Under the pieces are notes generated by a model. The model searched no databases, had not been told where the DNA came from, and saw only the letters and a list, made by a program, of their open reading frames with translations. 51,096 nt of DNA from a virus (lineage: Duplodnaviria; Caudoviricetes). The stretch covers positions 1 to 51,096 of IMG/VR virus record IMGVR_UViG_3300035148_000158. One strand, 5' to 3'. A program made the translations under genes and the position numbers. Of this stretch, positions 17,614-27,263 are shown in pieces. Position 1 is the stretch's first letter. Each line of letters begins with the position of its first letter.

Positions 17614-18389
17614 TCGACGGGCACCTCCACTTCGACCGGCGGGGCGGGAGTGGGTGCGGGGGCCGGTGCAGGCGTGGGCTTGTTGTACTCCTTGTTCTTC
17701 CAGTGCTCATCCCACTCCCGGTCGGAGCGGGCCTTGGCGTCCTTCTCCTCTTGGGTGAGGTAATCCGTCACGTGGTAGATGCGATCCGCCGCCTCCGGCC
17801 AGTTGGAGCCGTCCTCCTTGAAGCCGCCAATCTTGAGGAACGTGGGGGACGCGGCGAGGATGAGCGACCCCAGCGTGTTGTTCACCTCCTGCTCCCGGCC
17901 AAGCTGCCACGACACCCGCTGGCAGTAGCCCATGAACATCTCTCCCAGATCGGGACGCGCCTTCGACAGCACACGGCCCTTCGGCGTCTTCACCCCAATC
18001 GGACAGTCCTCATCGATGGGAGGGTCGATGCGGGCACCGCTCGGGTGAATCTTCACCTTCACCCCCTTGGAAGTGCGCAGCAAGCCATTCGGCTCGTACT
18101 GGTACTTCTCAGGCGGAGGCGTAACCGGGGCCGGAGCGGGGGCAGGAGTGACGACAGGGGCCGCGCCGGGGACAGGCCACATCGATGGGCGACCTTCCTT
18201 ATGGCCCCACATGTCCCAGTGCTCCTTGGGGTGGTCCTTGAACCACGGGTGGGCCGCCACATCGGCGTTGCTCCGGAGATAGAACTGCTCCGGGGTCTCG
18301 GTTGCGGGCTTCTCCATCACCACCTTGGTGAGGGCAGCCACCTGATCCGTGATGGCCTTGAGTGCTGCGAGGATTGCTGCTTGTTCCAT
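17610..18389 (-). CDS. Hypothetical protein with Pro/Ala linkers
   Basis: YLRSNADVAA...HWDMWGHKEGR module, two PAPAP linkers. Confidence 0.7.
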   Translation of the reverse strand: MEQAAILAALKAITDQVAALTKVVMEKPATETPEQFYLRSNADVAAHPWFKDHPKEHWDMWGHKEGRPSMWPVPGAAPVVTPAPAPAPVTPPPEKYQYEPNGLLRTSKGVKVKIHPSGARIDPPIDEDCPIGVKTPKGRVLSKARPDLGEMFMGYCQRVSWQLGREQEVNNTLGSLILAASPTFLKIGGFKEDGSNWPEAADRIYHVTDYLTQEEKDAKARSDREWDEHWKNKEYNKPTPAPAPAPTPAPPVEVEVPVE

Positions 18390-18399
18390 GGTGGTGCTC

Positions 18400-18888
18400 C
18401 TACAGGAAGCCCTTCGGGGGCGTGACGACAGAGACTACCTTGTTGGTGGGAAGCGGGGTAGGGGGTAGTTGGGAGAGGGCGGCAAGCTGCTCTTGGATCA
18501 GCTTCCTCGCATCAGTCAGCTCCCTCTCCTGTTGCAGGATGATGCGGTGCTGAGCGATCAGGGTCTTCTTGAGTTCAGCAACGTCCTCGTTCGTGATGAC
18601 CGAGAGGACTGGCTCGACCTTGTCCGGGAGGGGGTCCTGCTTCTCGTTGGCGGCAGCCCTCCGGGTGAGGTCCTGCACGAACTTGTCGACGTCCCCGCTC
18701 TTCTTCTTGGCCTTGCTGAACACCTTGGAGAGCTTCTCCTTCACCTTGGTCAGCCGCTCGGGGTGGCCCTTGAAGTAGAAGATGTAGGCCAGCACGGCCA
18801 CGAGGATGCCAACGATCAGGAAACCTTCGAATCCGAACTGGCCTCCCGACTTGGCGGCGGTCACCAGAACCACTTCACCTTGGCTCAT
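18400..18888 (-). CDS. Membrane protein with coiled coil
   Basis: One TM (FLIVGILVAVLAYIFYF); ATGA overlap with the o-spanin stop. Confidence 0.65.
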   Translation of the reverse strand: MSQGEVVLVTAAKSGGQFGFEGFLIVGILVAVLAYIFYFKGHPERLTKVKEKLSKVFSKAKKKSGDVDKFVQDLTRRAAANEKQDPLPDKVEPVLSVITNEDVAELKKTLIAQHRIILQQERELTDARKLIQEQLAALSQLPPTPLPTNKVVSVVTPPKGFL

Positions 18889-19199
18889 TTCTTCTCCTCT
18901 CCAGCGCATGCCCTCAGCAGGGCGTCCACCTTGGTCGCATAGGCCCGCCACTTCAGCAGATCGGCCTCCACCAGCTCCCACATGGCTTCAGGCTCAGGGA
19001 GAGGCCTCAGATCGGTCGAGGGGATCGGAGGGATGTCCTTACTGGTTACGCACCGGAGGAGCACCGGCACCTTGAGCTGAACCGACTGCGCTCCCCCCAG
19101 TACCACTTCCTGCTGGGGGACGCTCGCGCAGCTCGCGGTCAGCAAGGCCACGCATGCGAGTACCAAGGTTCGACAGACGTTGTTCACAGGTCTCTCCAT
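18885..19199 (-). CDS. Outer-membrane spanin (Rz1-like lipoprotein)
   Basis: Hydrophobic signal ending in TASC, Pro-rich body, overlaps the i-spanin 3' end. Confidence 0.75.
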   Translation of the reverse strand: MERPVNNVCRTLVLACVALLTASCASVPQQEVVLGGAQSVQLKVPVLLRCVTSKDIPPIPSTDLRPLPEPEAMWELVEADLLKWRAYATKVDALLRACAGEEKK

Positions 19200-19578
19200 T
19201 CAGTTGGAACTGCTCGGCGCGGGCGAGGGCTTCCTGCCTCTGCGTCTCCAGCTTCACCAGATTCTTGCCGGTGATCTGGAGGGCCGCATCCTTGGCCGCC
19301 TGCGTCTTCTTGCTTTCTTCCTCGATCCTGCCTACCTCAGCGTTCACCACCTCGATGTCCGCCTTGATCTGATCGAGGTCCTTCCGCAAGGTCTCGTTGG
19401 CGGTCTTGGCGGTCTGGAGGTCGGTCTTGCACTGCTGAATGATCACGAGGTCGGCTTCCATCTGCGCCTTGGCTCCCTCCTCCCGGAGGTTGCTGGTCCA
19501 CGTGTGATAGCCGAACCACAGGCTGGCAGCAACCGCTGCCCAGATGCCCATCTGGATCAGTCCAGAGATGCTTCCCAT
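19039..19578 (-). CDS. Inner-membrane spanin (Rz-like)
   Basis: N-terminal TM plus long coiled coil, in the lysis cassette. Confidence 0.75.
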   Translation of the reverse strand: MGSISGLIQMGIWAAVAASLWFGYHTWTSNLREEGAKAQMEADLVIIQQCKTDLQTAKTANETLRKDLDQIKADIEVVNAEVGRIEEESKKTQAAKDAALQITGKNLVKLETQRQEALARAEQFQLNGETCEQRLSNLGTRMRGLADRELRERPPAGSGTGGSAVGSAQGAGAPPVRNQ

Positions 19579-19638
19579 TGCTCACTCCTTGGGTATGTTC
19601 CAGCCTACTACGGTTTGTCAAAGTAGGCAAGACCCCCG

Positions 19639-20085
19639 TCAACGAGGTGGCTCGGACGGAGGTTCGATGGCGACGTCCCCAGACAAGGGGTTGACCTTGG
19701 GGGGGCCTGCGTGGCTCTTGGGGGGTGCTCCCCCCTCGTAGAAGTGATCAGGCTTGTTGGAGAGGGTGCTGGCCACGGAATTCACCAGACGGCTGCCTAC
19801 GAAGATGCCCAGCCCGCCAAGGAGGAGAGTCTCCACCGGTTTGTCCCGGAGAGCAAGCCATACCACCGTCCAGCAGGTGAGCACCGCCATTACCACTACC
19901 ACGTGCTTGTAGAGGTCGGCCTTGCCCTCCGACATCACCATGTCCCACACGTTGTACGTGTTGCCCTCGTTGCGGTGGAACTTGAAGATGAGGTAGGCGA
20001 CGTAGATGCCAAGGGCCACCAGAGCCACCTGCATCCACGGGATTTCGGAGAAGAAGAACTTCACTCCAGCAACGAACTTCTCCAT
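19639..20085 (-). CDS. Putative holin (3 TM)
   Basis: Three hydrophobic segments, adjacent to the endolysin. Confidence 0.55.
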   Translation of the reverse strand: MEKFVAGVKFFFSEIPWMQVALVALGIYVAYLIFKFHRNEGNTYNVWDMVMSEGKADLYKHVVVVMAVLTCWTVVWLALRDKPVETLLLGGLGIFVGSRLVNSVASTLSNKPDHFYEGGAPPKSHAGPPKVNPLSGDVAIEPPSEPPR

Positions 20086-20088
20086 GGG

Positions 20089-20559
20089 TCACACCCTCCG
20101 GTACATGGCCACCTCGCGCTGCCTGCGCTTGGTGAGGCCGTCAAGGACTTCCAGCATTCCCGTGTCCGGGTTGCGGTACTTGTTCCACTTCAGGAACTCT
20201 GCCGCCGCCGCTTCGTCGTCCCCGGCGTTGAATCGCTCCAGCAGAGTTGAGTCTGCGAAGTCGCCCTTCTTGCCGTCCTTGATCCCCACCCCGGTGTTGT
20301 AGGTGAGGCTGACCATGGCATCGAACTGCCCTTGGGTGGGCTGCCTCTTGAGGAGAGGCATCAGCTTGTAGGAGAACTTGGCGAGGTCGCCAATGAGGAT
20401 GGCCTCCGCCTCCGCACGGGAGAGGAAGCTGTAGGTGTCTCCGGGGAGCTTGGCGTGCCCGTAGCCGATGGTCCACACCCCGGCGGGGCACTTGTACCAC
20501 GTGGGACGATACCCCTCGCTGAGCTTGATTTCCTCGATGGCCTCCTGAGAAGGAAACAT
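20089..20559 (-). CDS. Endolysin, GH24 phage lysozyme
   Basis: EGYRPTWYKCPAGVWTIGYGH, QFDAMVSLTYNTG, GLTKRRQRE; start is uncertain (20559 or 20625). Confidence 0.92.
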   Translation of the reverse strand: MFPSQEAIEEIKLSEGYRPTWYKCPAGVWTIGYGHAKLPGDTYSFLSRAEAEAILIGDLAKFSYKLMPLLKRQPTQGQFDAMVSLTYNTGVGIKDGKKGDFADSTLLERFNAGDDEAAAAEFLKWNKYRNPDTGMLEVLDGLTKRRQREVAMYRRV

Positions 20560-20581
20560 CACCGAGGCGGGGGGGATCAGC

Positions 20582-20893
20582 TTACTGGCTGAGGAGGGCG
20601 TCCGAGAGCTGGCGGCGGAGGTCATCGTTGTGCTTCCTCACCTGTTCCAGCTCCTGCCTAGTGGCATGAAGCTCGTCCCGCAAGCGGTGAATCTCGGAAC
20701 GCATGGTGTCCAACACCACGGACAGGGACTTGGAGACCCCCTCCTCGACAACGTCTACGTGCTTTAGGCGGCGGACATGGAAGCGCCACGTGATCCCCGC
20801 AAGGACAGCAGAAATTGCAGCTCCCAGTGCCGTCCAGAGAGTGTGTTCTCCCACTTCGTTTCTCCCGATCCACCTTGGCAGATAGACGTTCAT
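20582..20893 (-). CDS. Single-TM coiled-coil protein (holin/antiholin-like)
   Basis: One TM plus coiled coil directly upstream of the endolysin. Confidence 0.5.
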   Translation of the reverse strand: MNVYLPRWIGRNEVGEHTLWTALGAAISAVLAGITWRFHVRRLKHVDVVEEGVSKSLSVVLDTMRSEIHRLRDELHATRQELEQVRKHNDDLRRQLSDALLSQ

Positions 20894-20901
20894 GAGACCT
20901 C

Positions 20902-21138
20902 CTATACGAGGTCGATGGTGTGCTCGCTTAGGCCGGTAGGGGCGAGTCCTACGATCCTTCCTTCTTGGACAAAAACCTTGAGGTTCGATCCCGTCGCGTA
21001 CTGAACGTCAGAGGTCACTTCTTGGGTTCCACCATCTTGATGCTGAACATTATAGACGGGGTGTGTGCCACCTAAGATTGTCACCACAACCAGAGGTTGT
21101 TTGGGCATTAGGTCCAGAAAACGTCGCCAGAGGTTCAT
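20902..21138 (-). CDS. Small tail-tip-associated protein
   Basis: Coupled (TAATG) to the tail-tip gene; beta-rich. Confidence 0.6.
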   Translation of the reverse strand: MNLWRRFLDLMPKQPLVVVTILGGTHPVYNVQHQDGGTQEVTSDVQYATGSNLKVFVQEGRIVGLAPTGLSEHTIDLV

Positions 21139-23156
21139 TAGTAGTGCCTTTCGATGCCAACAGCCTGAGTCACCGTGATTTCCCGGTCAGCCGCCGAGGC
21201 AGTTAGGGTGATCGAACGGGTCAATCCCTTCCACGCAGTTTCTTCGGCCGTCGGGTCGGTTATCACCACCAGCTTTCCGGGGGTGATAAGGCCAAGGTTG
21301 ATGGTCGGGTCAAGGGGTACGTTGATGCTCACAAGGGCCTGCTTGCCCCCTTCGGAGATGATGTTCTTGCCCTTTTCCCGGGCCGCGTACTGGTCAGTCA
21401 TGTACCGGTTGACGTACTGCGGGGCTTGCAGGTCTGGAGTGATGTCGGTGTTCCGCACGAGGGCGTTGACCCCCTCCCGCTCCCCGGTGACGTACACCCG
21501 ATTGTAGGCAGGCTTCTCCATCCACTGGAGAGAGTCTGCGAGGATGATCGACTTCGGGATGGACAGCTCCGCAGAAGTCGTCGCCCAGTCCCACGGGGGC
21601 ACCGGGTAGGACGAACTGACGATCAGCTTGGGCAGCTCGTTGTGGGACTGCACGTAGCCTCCCACGGACCCGATCAGCTCGTTGATGGCCTGCATCGGGG
21701 TTTTGCCGGAATACGTGTGTACTCCTTGGGGAACCTGCCAGCCGAGGTTGAGGCCGTCGTCGGCTTCCCAGCGTCGACTGACGACAGGGTCCCCTGCCGT
21801 GGGCCAGTCCAAGGCCCACGTTCCCGGCATGAGGGCCAGCTCCGCCTCCACCAGTTGCTTGGAGTAGTAGGACTGATCCGAGGCGTAGTTGCGCACCGGG
21901 GCGTAGGGGGCATCCAGCTCGGCCGTGATGGACCGCCCCTTGAGGGTCACTTGGGTGTCCCCGAACGTCCGCCTGCGGTCGTAGCTCTCCACGAGGAAGT
22001 TCCACTTGACCCCGTTGATGTTGATCTGGACCTCGACCGGGCCGGAAGGCGTAGGCTCGACAAGGTAGAGATGCTTGGCGGCAATGTTGGCCTGCATGCT
22101 CCACGCCCACGAGTTCTGGTCCGTGGACAGGGAGCACGAGAAGAGCTGGATGGGTTCGTTGCTGCCCACCACCTTCATGCTGATCTGGTTGAGAATCATG
22201 TACAGCCTCCTGATCGGGATGATGAGGCCCACCCCGGCTTCTGGGCAAGGAATCGAGTCGAAATGGATCGGGATGTCGGTCAGCCCGTAGTCGACCCACG
22301 GACAGATGAACTCGATCAGCACGCCCTTGGTAGAGCGTGGAGGAACAGGCGGAGGAGGTCCCGGCGGTCCCGGCGGGGGAGCAGAGATACCCGGGTAGGG
22401 GTACCGGGCTTCCCGCCACGGAATCTTGTGGCCGCCCAGCAGCACGCCCGGGTCCTTGGCCGTCAGCCAGCGGCCCTTGTCCCATTGGTGGCGAAGCAGC
22501 TTCAGCAGGGCTGCCCCCACGCGCCACGGGGCCTCCTTGGCGACCTTGCGACTGGGTAGGTTCCCGTGCCACGGTTGTGCACTCAAGTGCACAGACAGGG
22601 GGGCCGCCTTGTCCCACTCCACGTTGATGCCGTAGGGCCGTTCCTTCCTGCCCTCGTGGTGGTGGGCTTGCCAGTCGTCCGCTACCGACTGTCCCAGTGC
22701 CCACGGGATGCGGCTGTCCTTCCGGGGAGAGCGATCAGCATCGGACCACAACCCATCCTTGGTGGGGTTGAGAAGGGCACCCAGCTCCCATGGGATGTCC
22801 TTGGTGGGCCGCTGCGTCCTAAGCGAGTCCACCCACCCCGCCGTCTTCCGGTTGTCTCCGATGTAGTTGCCCAGATCGTGCTTGAACCCCCAGAAGTTGG
22901 CGATCCCGGGGCGATACACGTTGTTGTCGTAAACGATGTCGTGTTCGTAGCGGGGCTTCGGGAAGCGGAACTCGATGGTGATTTCCCGAACGTGCTGGAT
23001 CGAGAGAGCCAGCTTGTGGATCGGGTATCGGAACCCGATGTCGGCAATGAAGTCCCCTGCGGTGATGACCGGTCCGAAATGGACGATCACCCCCTTGGTG
23101 CTGCCAGCGGAGGCAGACCCGGTGAAGTGGACTACTACGTTCTTGGTGTCGGGCAC
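21138..23156 (-). CDS. Tail tip/hub virion protein
   Basis: Trp-periodic N-terminal half, Pro linker, hub-like C-terminal half (LKGRSITAELDAPYAP, YNRVYVTGE). Confidence 0.7.
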   Translation of the reverse strand: MPDTKNVVVHFTGSASAGSTKGVIVHFGPVITAGDFIADIGFRYPIHKLALSIQHVREITIEFRFPKPRYEHDIVYDNNVYRPGIANFWGFKHDLGNYIGDNRKTAGWVDSLRTQRPTKDIPWELGALLNPTKDGLWSDADRSPRKDSRIPWALGQSVADDWQAHHHEGRKERPYGINVEWDKAAPLSVHLSAQPWHGNLPSRKVAKEAPWRVGAALLKLLRHQWDKGRWLTAKDPGVLLGGHKIPWREARYPYPGISAPPPGPPGPPPPVPPRSTKGVLIEFICPWVDYGLTDIPIHFDSIPCPEAGVGLIIPIRRLYMILNQISMKVVGSNEPIQLFSCSLSTDQNSWAWSMQANIAAKHLYLVEPTPSGPVEVQININGVKWNFLVESYDRRRTFGDTQVTLKGRSITAELDAPYAPVRNYASDQSYYSKQLVEAELALMPGTWALDWPTAGDPVVSRRWEADDGLNLGWQVPQGVHTYSGKTPMQAINELIGSVGGYVQSHNELPKLIVSSSYPVPPWDWATTSAELSIPKSIILADSLQWMEKPAYNRVYVTGEREGVNALVRNTDITPDLQAPQYVNRYMTDQYAAREKGKNIISEGGKQALVSINVPLDPTINLGLITPGKLVVITDPTAEETAWKGLTRSITLTASAADREITVTQAVGIERHY
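22576..22593. repeat. Dispersed palindrome copy 7, intragenic
   Basis: TGTGCACTCAAGTGCACA; encodes VHLSAQ. Confidence 0.95.
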
Positions 23157-23183
23157 GGGTAGGTCCTTGGAGGCTCAGAGGAC

Positions 23184-23588
23184 CTACACCTCTCGGAGCT
23201 TCGCGCTCGCAGTCTGTAGCGTGCCGCCGACGTAAACGGTCAGGTCATCGAACTCGATTTCAGCCCCTGACCCCACCAGTCCGCAATCCATGTCGCAGAT
23301 GAAGTTGTTGTCGGAGTCCACCAGCCGCGCCCAGTTGGCGGAGCCTGCTCCAACGCAAACTACGTTGGCGGGGTCGATCAGGATGGCCTCATCCGTGCCC
23401 CACGAATCGAAGATGCTGGTGGCGAAAGTGATCGTGGCCAGTAGCGTCTGGGTGGTGATCGCCGCGCCCTCTGCGGGACGGGCAGCGGTGTAGATCAGAA
23501 CCTTGGGTCCAGTAGCCCCAGCCTCCATCAAATTGATGGTGGCCTGAAGCCGTGCCTGTACCGCTGCGGTGCTCCAGCCAGAAGCCAT
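23184..23588 (-). CDS. Virion structural protein
   Basis: GSANWARLVDSD...DMDCG motif typical of tail-module proteins. Confidence 0.65.
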   Translation of the reverse strand: MASGWSTAAVQARLQATINLMEAGATGPKVLIYTAARPAEGAAITTQTLLATITFATSIFDSWGTDEAILIDPANVVCVGAGSANWARLVDSDNNFICDMDCGLVGSGAEIEFDDLTVYVGGTLQTASAKLREV

Positions 23589-23590
23589 GA

Positions 23591-24607
23591 TCAGGTGCTC
23601 TTCAGGTAGTCGTGTGCAACAGCATCGTAGGTACGGGTGTAGTCGTTGCCCACCACCATGTACACCCGCTGGCTGCTCACTCCTTCAAAGCGGAAGTAGC
23701 CGGTGGTAGCGTCACTCCACGTAGCAGCAATCAAGTGCCCGGTCTGGTCATCATATAGGCGCACCTTCCTCTGAGCAGGTACCCCAGCAACATCCACATA
23801 CCCATCCACGTAATCGGTGCCCCTGTGGTACTGAGGAATGCTGGTGTGTTGCATTAAGTCTTGGTCAAGGTACCCGGCCCGAGCCGTCCCATCTGGAAGG
23901 ATAGTCGCGTCGGGCTGCTCACCGAAGTACTGGTGAATCCATTGGAACTCCTTGGCAATCGGATCAGGAATGTCCTCCGTGTCCCACGCCGAGAACCCAG
24001 AGGGAATGCCGTACACCAGATCGCCTGCTCGCGCACGGAGACGGTAATCCCACGTGGTAACGCCAGAGTAGTTGGTGTTGAGTTCAATGAGCGGCATCAT
24101 CGTGTTGGCCCGCTCGTAGTTCGATCCACTGGTGATTCCCGTGTAGCCACCCGTCGGAGTGGCCGGGTTCCAGCCCTGTGCCCACGTACCGTTCTTGCGA
24201 AACCAGATAGTGCCCGCAGTGGGGTCGTACGCCACCCCGATGTTGTCTCCAGCAGCCCACGTACCTGCGTTGGCGGGAGTGTCGAGCTGATTGTTGTTGT
24301 TCCGGTAGATGCCCGTCGTCGCCCGCCACACGTAGTGATCGTAGGTGGGGTACGTGGCTTGGCTGGTGCCTCCGAAGATTTTGTTCCCCAGTCCGATTGC
24401 CCCCGTGGCAGAAACGTCCGCGATCACCTCGACCTCAAAGTACCTTTTGACATTAGGAAGCGGTAGTGGCCCCGCAATTGCCGTGTGGTAGACGTTGTGA
24501 GCAGTGGATTGCTTGACCCACTTCACGCGCCTTCCCAGCTCCGACAGCTCCGGATGAACATAAGAGATACTGCCCATCCCCACCCACCACCGAATCAAGG
24601 CACTCAT
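23591..24607 (-). CDS. SPRY/ConA-like domain tail/receptor-binding protein
   Basis: KRYFEV, GDNIGVAYD..GTIWFRKNG, PSGFSAW; C-terminal beta-sandwich (RKVRLYD..TG...WSD..GYFRF). Confidence 0.7.
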   Translation of the reverse strand: MSALIRWWVGMGSISYVHPELSELGRRVKWVKQSTAHNVYHTAIAGPLPLPNVKRYFEVEVIADVSATGAIGLGNKIFGGTSQATYPTYDHYVWRATTGIYRNNNNQLDTPANAGTWAAGDNIGVAYDPTAGTIWFRKNGTWAQGWNPATPTGGYTGITSGSNYERANTMMPLIELNTNYSGVTTWDYRLRARAGDLVYGIPSGFSAWDTEDIPDPIAKEFQWIHQYFGEQPDATILPDGTARAGYLDQDLMQHTSIPQYHRGTDYVDGYVDVAGVPAQRKVRLYDDQTGHLIAATWSDATTGYFRFEGVSSQRVYMVVGNDYTRTYDAVAHDYLKST

Positions 24608-25977
24608 CGCCACTCACCTGTCAGATCGAAGCCAAGGGTCACGTAGTTGCTCCCGCCGTTACCCAAGAACTGCCCCGTCCCCAGCACGGCGATCTGAGTG
24701 CCACCAGTGCCGGAAGGGTGGTTCTCGGACCAGAATCCACGAATCACCAATCCTGTCCGGTTGGTCGCTCCACTGGAGGCATACGGAGACAGAAACTCGT
24801 ACCCTTTCGCCTCCGAAGGCATCCAATTTACCGTCGCCACCCCGGGGACCTTCCCAAGCAGGTAAGAACCGACGTAGAGCATCCACGGGGAACTCATGTG
24901 AATCTGCTGCTGACCTGTGAAGGGTCCAGAGAAGTGTCTTCCGGTACCTTGACTACCGGTAACGTCCCACGGGTCTAGTATTACAGGCCACCCCCGCCTT
25001 ATTCCCCACAGCCGATAGGATTGCCCGTTTTGACCATCACCGAGCACGAGAGGTTGTTGGTGCCTCGCCGCACCGAAGGACTTACCGCTCCGCCACCAAT
25101 AGTTGGAACTGTTGCCCACGGGAGAACCAGAAGCTCGGCTAGTCGTACCGATAGGAGAGTGGCTGTCGTAACCGTAGTTGGCGGCGGTGTTGTATCCCGT
25201 ATCAGCAAGCATCCCGCTGCGAAACGGAAGCTCGTCATAGGTTTGTGGGCAGACCAACTCACCGAAGTAGTAGGGTTGGTACTTGTGGTACGCCGCTCTC
25301 GTGCCTCCACTGAAGACATCGTAGGGGTCCTGCACCAGCACATGGAAGCCCCTGTCGTCACCTACCAGCCCCCACTGAGCCGAAGAAGAGCCTGCCCCAC
25401 TCATTCCCTTGTAGATATAGCCACGGCAGGTCTCAATGTAGTTGCCGCTAGAGTCCCCGTACCACAGCTCATTCACCTCCACCGCACGGTATTGCACCGC
25501 CGGGTATAGGTCCCCGCCCTGCCAAGGCACCACCCCGTTGGCAGGCTCGTAGAGCCTGTACAAGCATCCCTCCCCAGCAGGGGACTGAACGATCAAGGTA
25601 TCCGAGGTGCTGTAGATCGCCGTCCACCCGAGAGAGGCAGCCTTGGCGGTGATCGTTCCGGTGGCGGGAGTAGCAGGCGAGCCTGCCACCGTGTACGTGA
25701 AGTTGTTCGCGTCCACGTAGGTGATCTCGTATTCGCCGTTGTAGGCCGTCTCGTTGGCCCCGGCGATTAGCACCACCTGCTTGTCCTTGAAGCCGTGCCC
25801 GGTGGACACGTACACGTTGGCCGTGGTCGAGGTGCGGGTGAGCGTGCTCACCGACTTCAGGTTGAAACCGTCGCACAGAGCCAACTTGAGCTGGGCGATC
25901 AGGCTCCCGACGTTCGTCGGGTGATACGTCCCCAACCCAGTGTGCTCGTTGCTCAAGTAGAACTTAGGCTTGCTCAT
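24604..25977 (-). CDS. Tail fibre/receptor-binding protein, paralog 3
   Basis: Shared N-terminal module; ends GFDLTGEWR. Confidence 0.75.
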   Translation of the reverse strand: MSKPKFYLSNEHTGLGTYHPTNVGSLIAQLKLALCDGFNLKSVSTLTRTSTTANVYVSTGHGFKDKQVVLIAGANETAYNGEYEITYVDANNFTYTVAGSPATPATGTITAKAASLGWTAIYSTSDTLIVQSPAGEGCLYRLYEPANGVVPWQGGDLYPAVQYRAVEVNELWYGDSSGNYIETCRGYIYKGMSGAGSSSAQWGLVGDDRGFHVLVQDPYDVFSGGTRAAYHKYQPYYFGELVCPQTYDELPFRSGMLADTGYNTAANYGYDSHSPIGTTSRASGSPVGNSSNYWWRSGKSFGAARHQQPLVLGDGQNGQSYRLWGIRRGWPVILDPWDVTGSQGTGRHFSGPFTGQQQIHMSSPWMLYVGSYLLGKVPGVATVNWMPSEAKGYEFLSPYASSGATNRTGLVIRGFWSENHPSGTGGTQIAVLGTGQFLGNGGSNYVTLGFDLTGEWR

Positions 25978-27263
25978 CGCCACGGCCCCGTGATGTCGAT
26001 CCCAACCGTCCCCCTGCGTTCCGAACCTCCAGTATGGAACGTCAGCAGTTTCCTGATGGAACCATTGGGAGCACGGTACTTGATGATGGGACTAATGTGG
26101 AAGGGGTCGGCGCTGCTAGTGACCATTCTGGTTGTCCACGTAACCCCTTGGTCGATCAGCCCCGGCATCTCCCCAAAAATCTGCGGCAGAGGCCACAGAT
26201 ACCCAATGTAGATCGGCTGGAACCAGTTGGTGACGAGCGTGTTCCCTTGCACGGCACTGAAGGTGCCCATCTCCTGAAGGCCAGTAGAGCCAAGGGTTCC
26301 TGTGAAGCCTCCAACCCTCCACGCATGAACATGGGGAGTGGCTTGGGAACCCTGAGATGCTTCTCCACGTGTCATACAGGAAGCCATTCCCAGCGCAAGA
26401 CCATTTGGCGGGTAGTTTCCGCCTTGCGTGAGGATATACGAATGAACCCCGTGGTTGGCTAGGGGATTGTCGTAGGTGTAGATGGGCGCATTAGCCGACT
26501 GTGACCCCCACGCGCCCATTGCAAAGGAGGGCTTGAAACCCGTGGCACCATTCCACGGCAGGTAGTCTCCAAACCCACCGTAACCAAACCACGTGTAGGC
26601 CCCAGCGTAGTAGATGGCGTAGTACATCGTGGTGTCGTCGCCCACAATGATCAGCCGGTTGCCGGAGGTGGCCACGCCACGCAAGAACATGGTCTTGCCC
26701 ACCTCCGTGCCGGTATCCACATCCGACATCGCGGTGAAAATGCCGCACCGCATGGCGTAGGTGCCTGCGTGGGTCACAGCCTGCCCGTAGGTGTTGCGAT
26801 CCCACGTGAGCGTGGCAGCGGAGTCGTCCAGCCTGAAGTAGTGCTGGGAGGAGCCAGTGTTCGCGCTCTGGTACACGGCCTTGTTGGTGCCGGAGTAGGG
26901 CTTGCTCCAGCCCAGCGGGGCCACCTTGGCGGTGATGGTTCCGGTTGCAGGAGTCGCAGGCGAGTTGGCCACGGTGTAGGTGAACGTGGTCGCACTCGTC
27001 ACCGTGATCACGAACTCCCCGTTGTAGTCGGTTTCGTTCGCTCCCGCGATCAGGATCACCTGACCATGTAGGTAGTTGTGAGAGGTCGAAGTTGTGACCG
27101 TAGCCACCGTTCCGCTGCGGGTGATGCTGGACACGTTGACTTGATTGAAGCCCGCGTACAGGGCCAAGTCGAACGGGGTCAGCAACGCCCCGGCGACGTT
27201 GCACGCGCCGAGAGTGAAGCCGCTATGGAAAGCGGTGTCGAAGTACTTGACTTGGTTGCTCAT
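25974..27263 (-). CDS. Tail fibre/receptor-binding protein, paralog 2
   Basis: Shared N-terminal module; ends GIDITGPWR. Confidence 0.75.
   Translation of the reverse strand: MSNQVKYFDTAFHSGFTLGACNVAGALLTPFDLALYAGFNQVNVSSITRSGTVATVTTSTSHNYLHGQVILIAGANETDYNGEFVITVTSATTFTYTVANSPATPATGTITAKVAPLGWSKPYSGTNKAVYQSANTGSSQHYFRLDDSAATLTWDRNTYGQAVTHAGTYAMRCGIFTAMSDVDTGTEVGKTMFLRGVATSGNRLIIVGDDTTMYYAIYYAGAYTWFGYGGFGDYLPWNGATGFKPSFAMGAWGSQSANAPIYTYDNPLANHGVHSYILTQGGNYPPNGLALGMASCMTRGEASQGSQATPHVHAWRVGGFTGTLGSTGLQEMGTFSAVQGNTLVTNWFQPIYIGYLWPLPQIFGEMPGLIDQGVTWTTRMVTSSADPFHISPIIKYRAPNGSIRKLLTFHTGGSERRGTVGIDITGPWR

Noticed and set aside
19593-19626. TTGACA promoter upstream of the i-spanin
   Set aside because: The -35 is perfect but there is no credible -10 at 16-18 bp; it sits in a small GCCTAC/GTAGGC hairpin of unclear meaning
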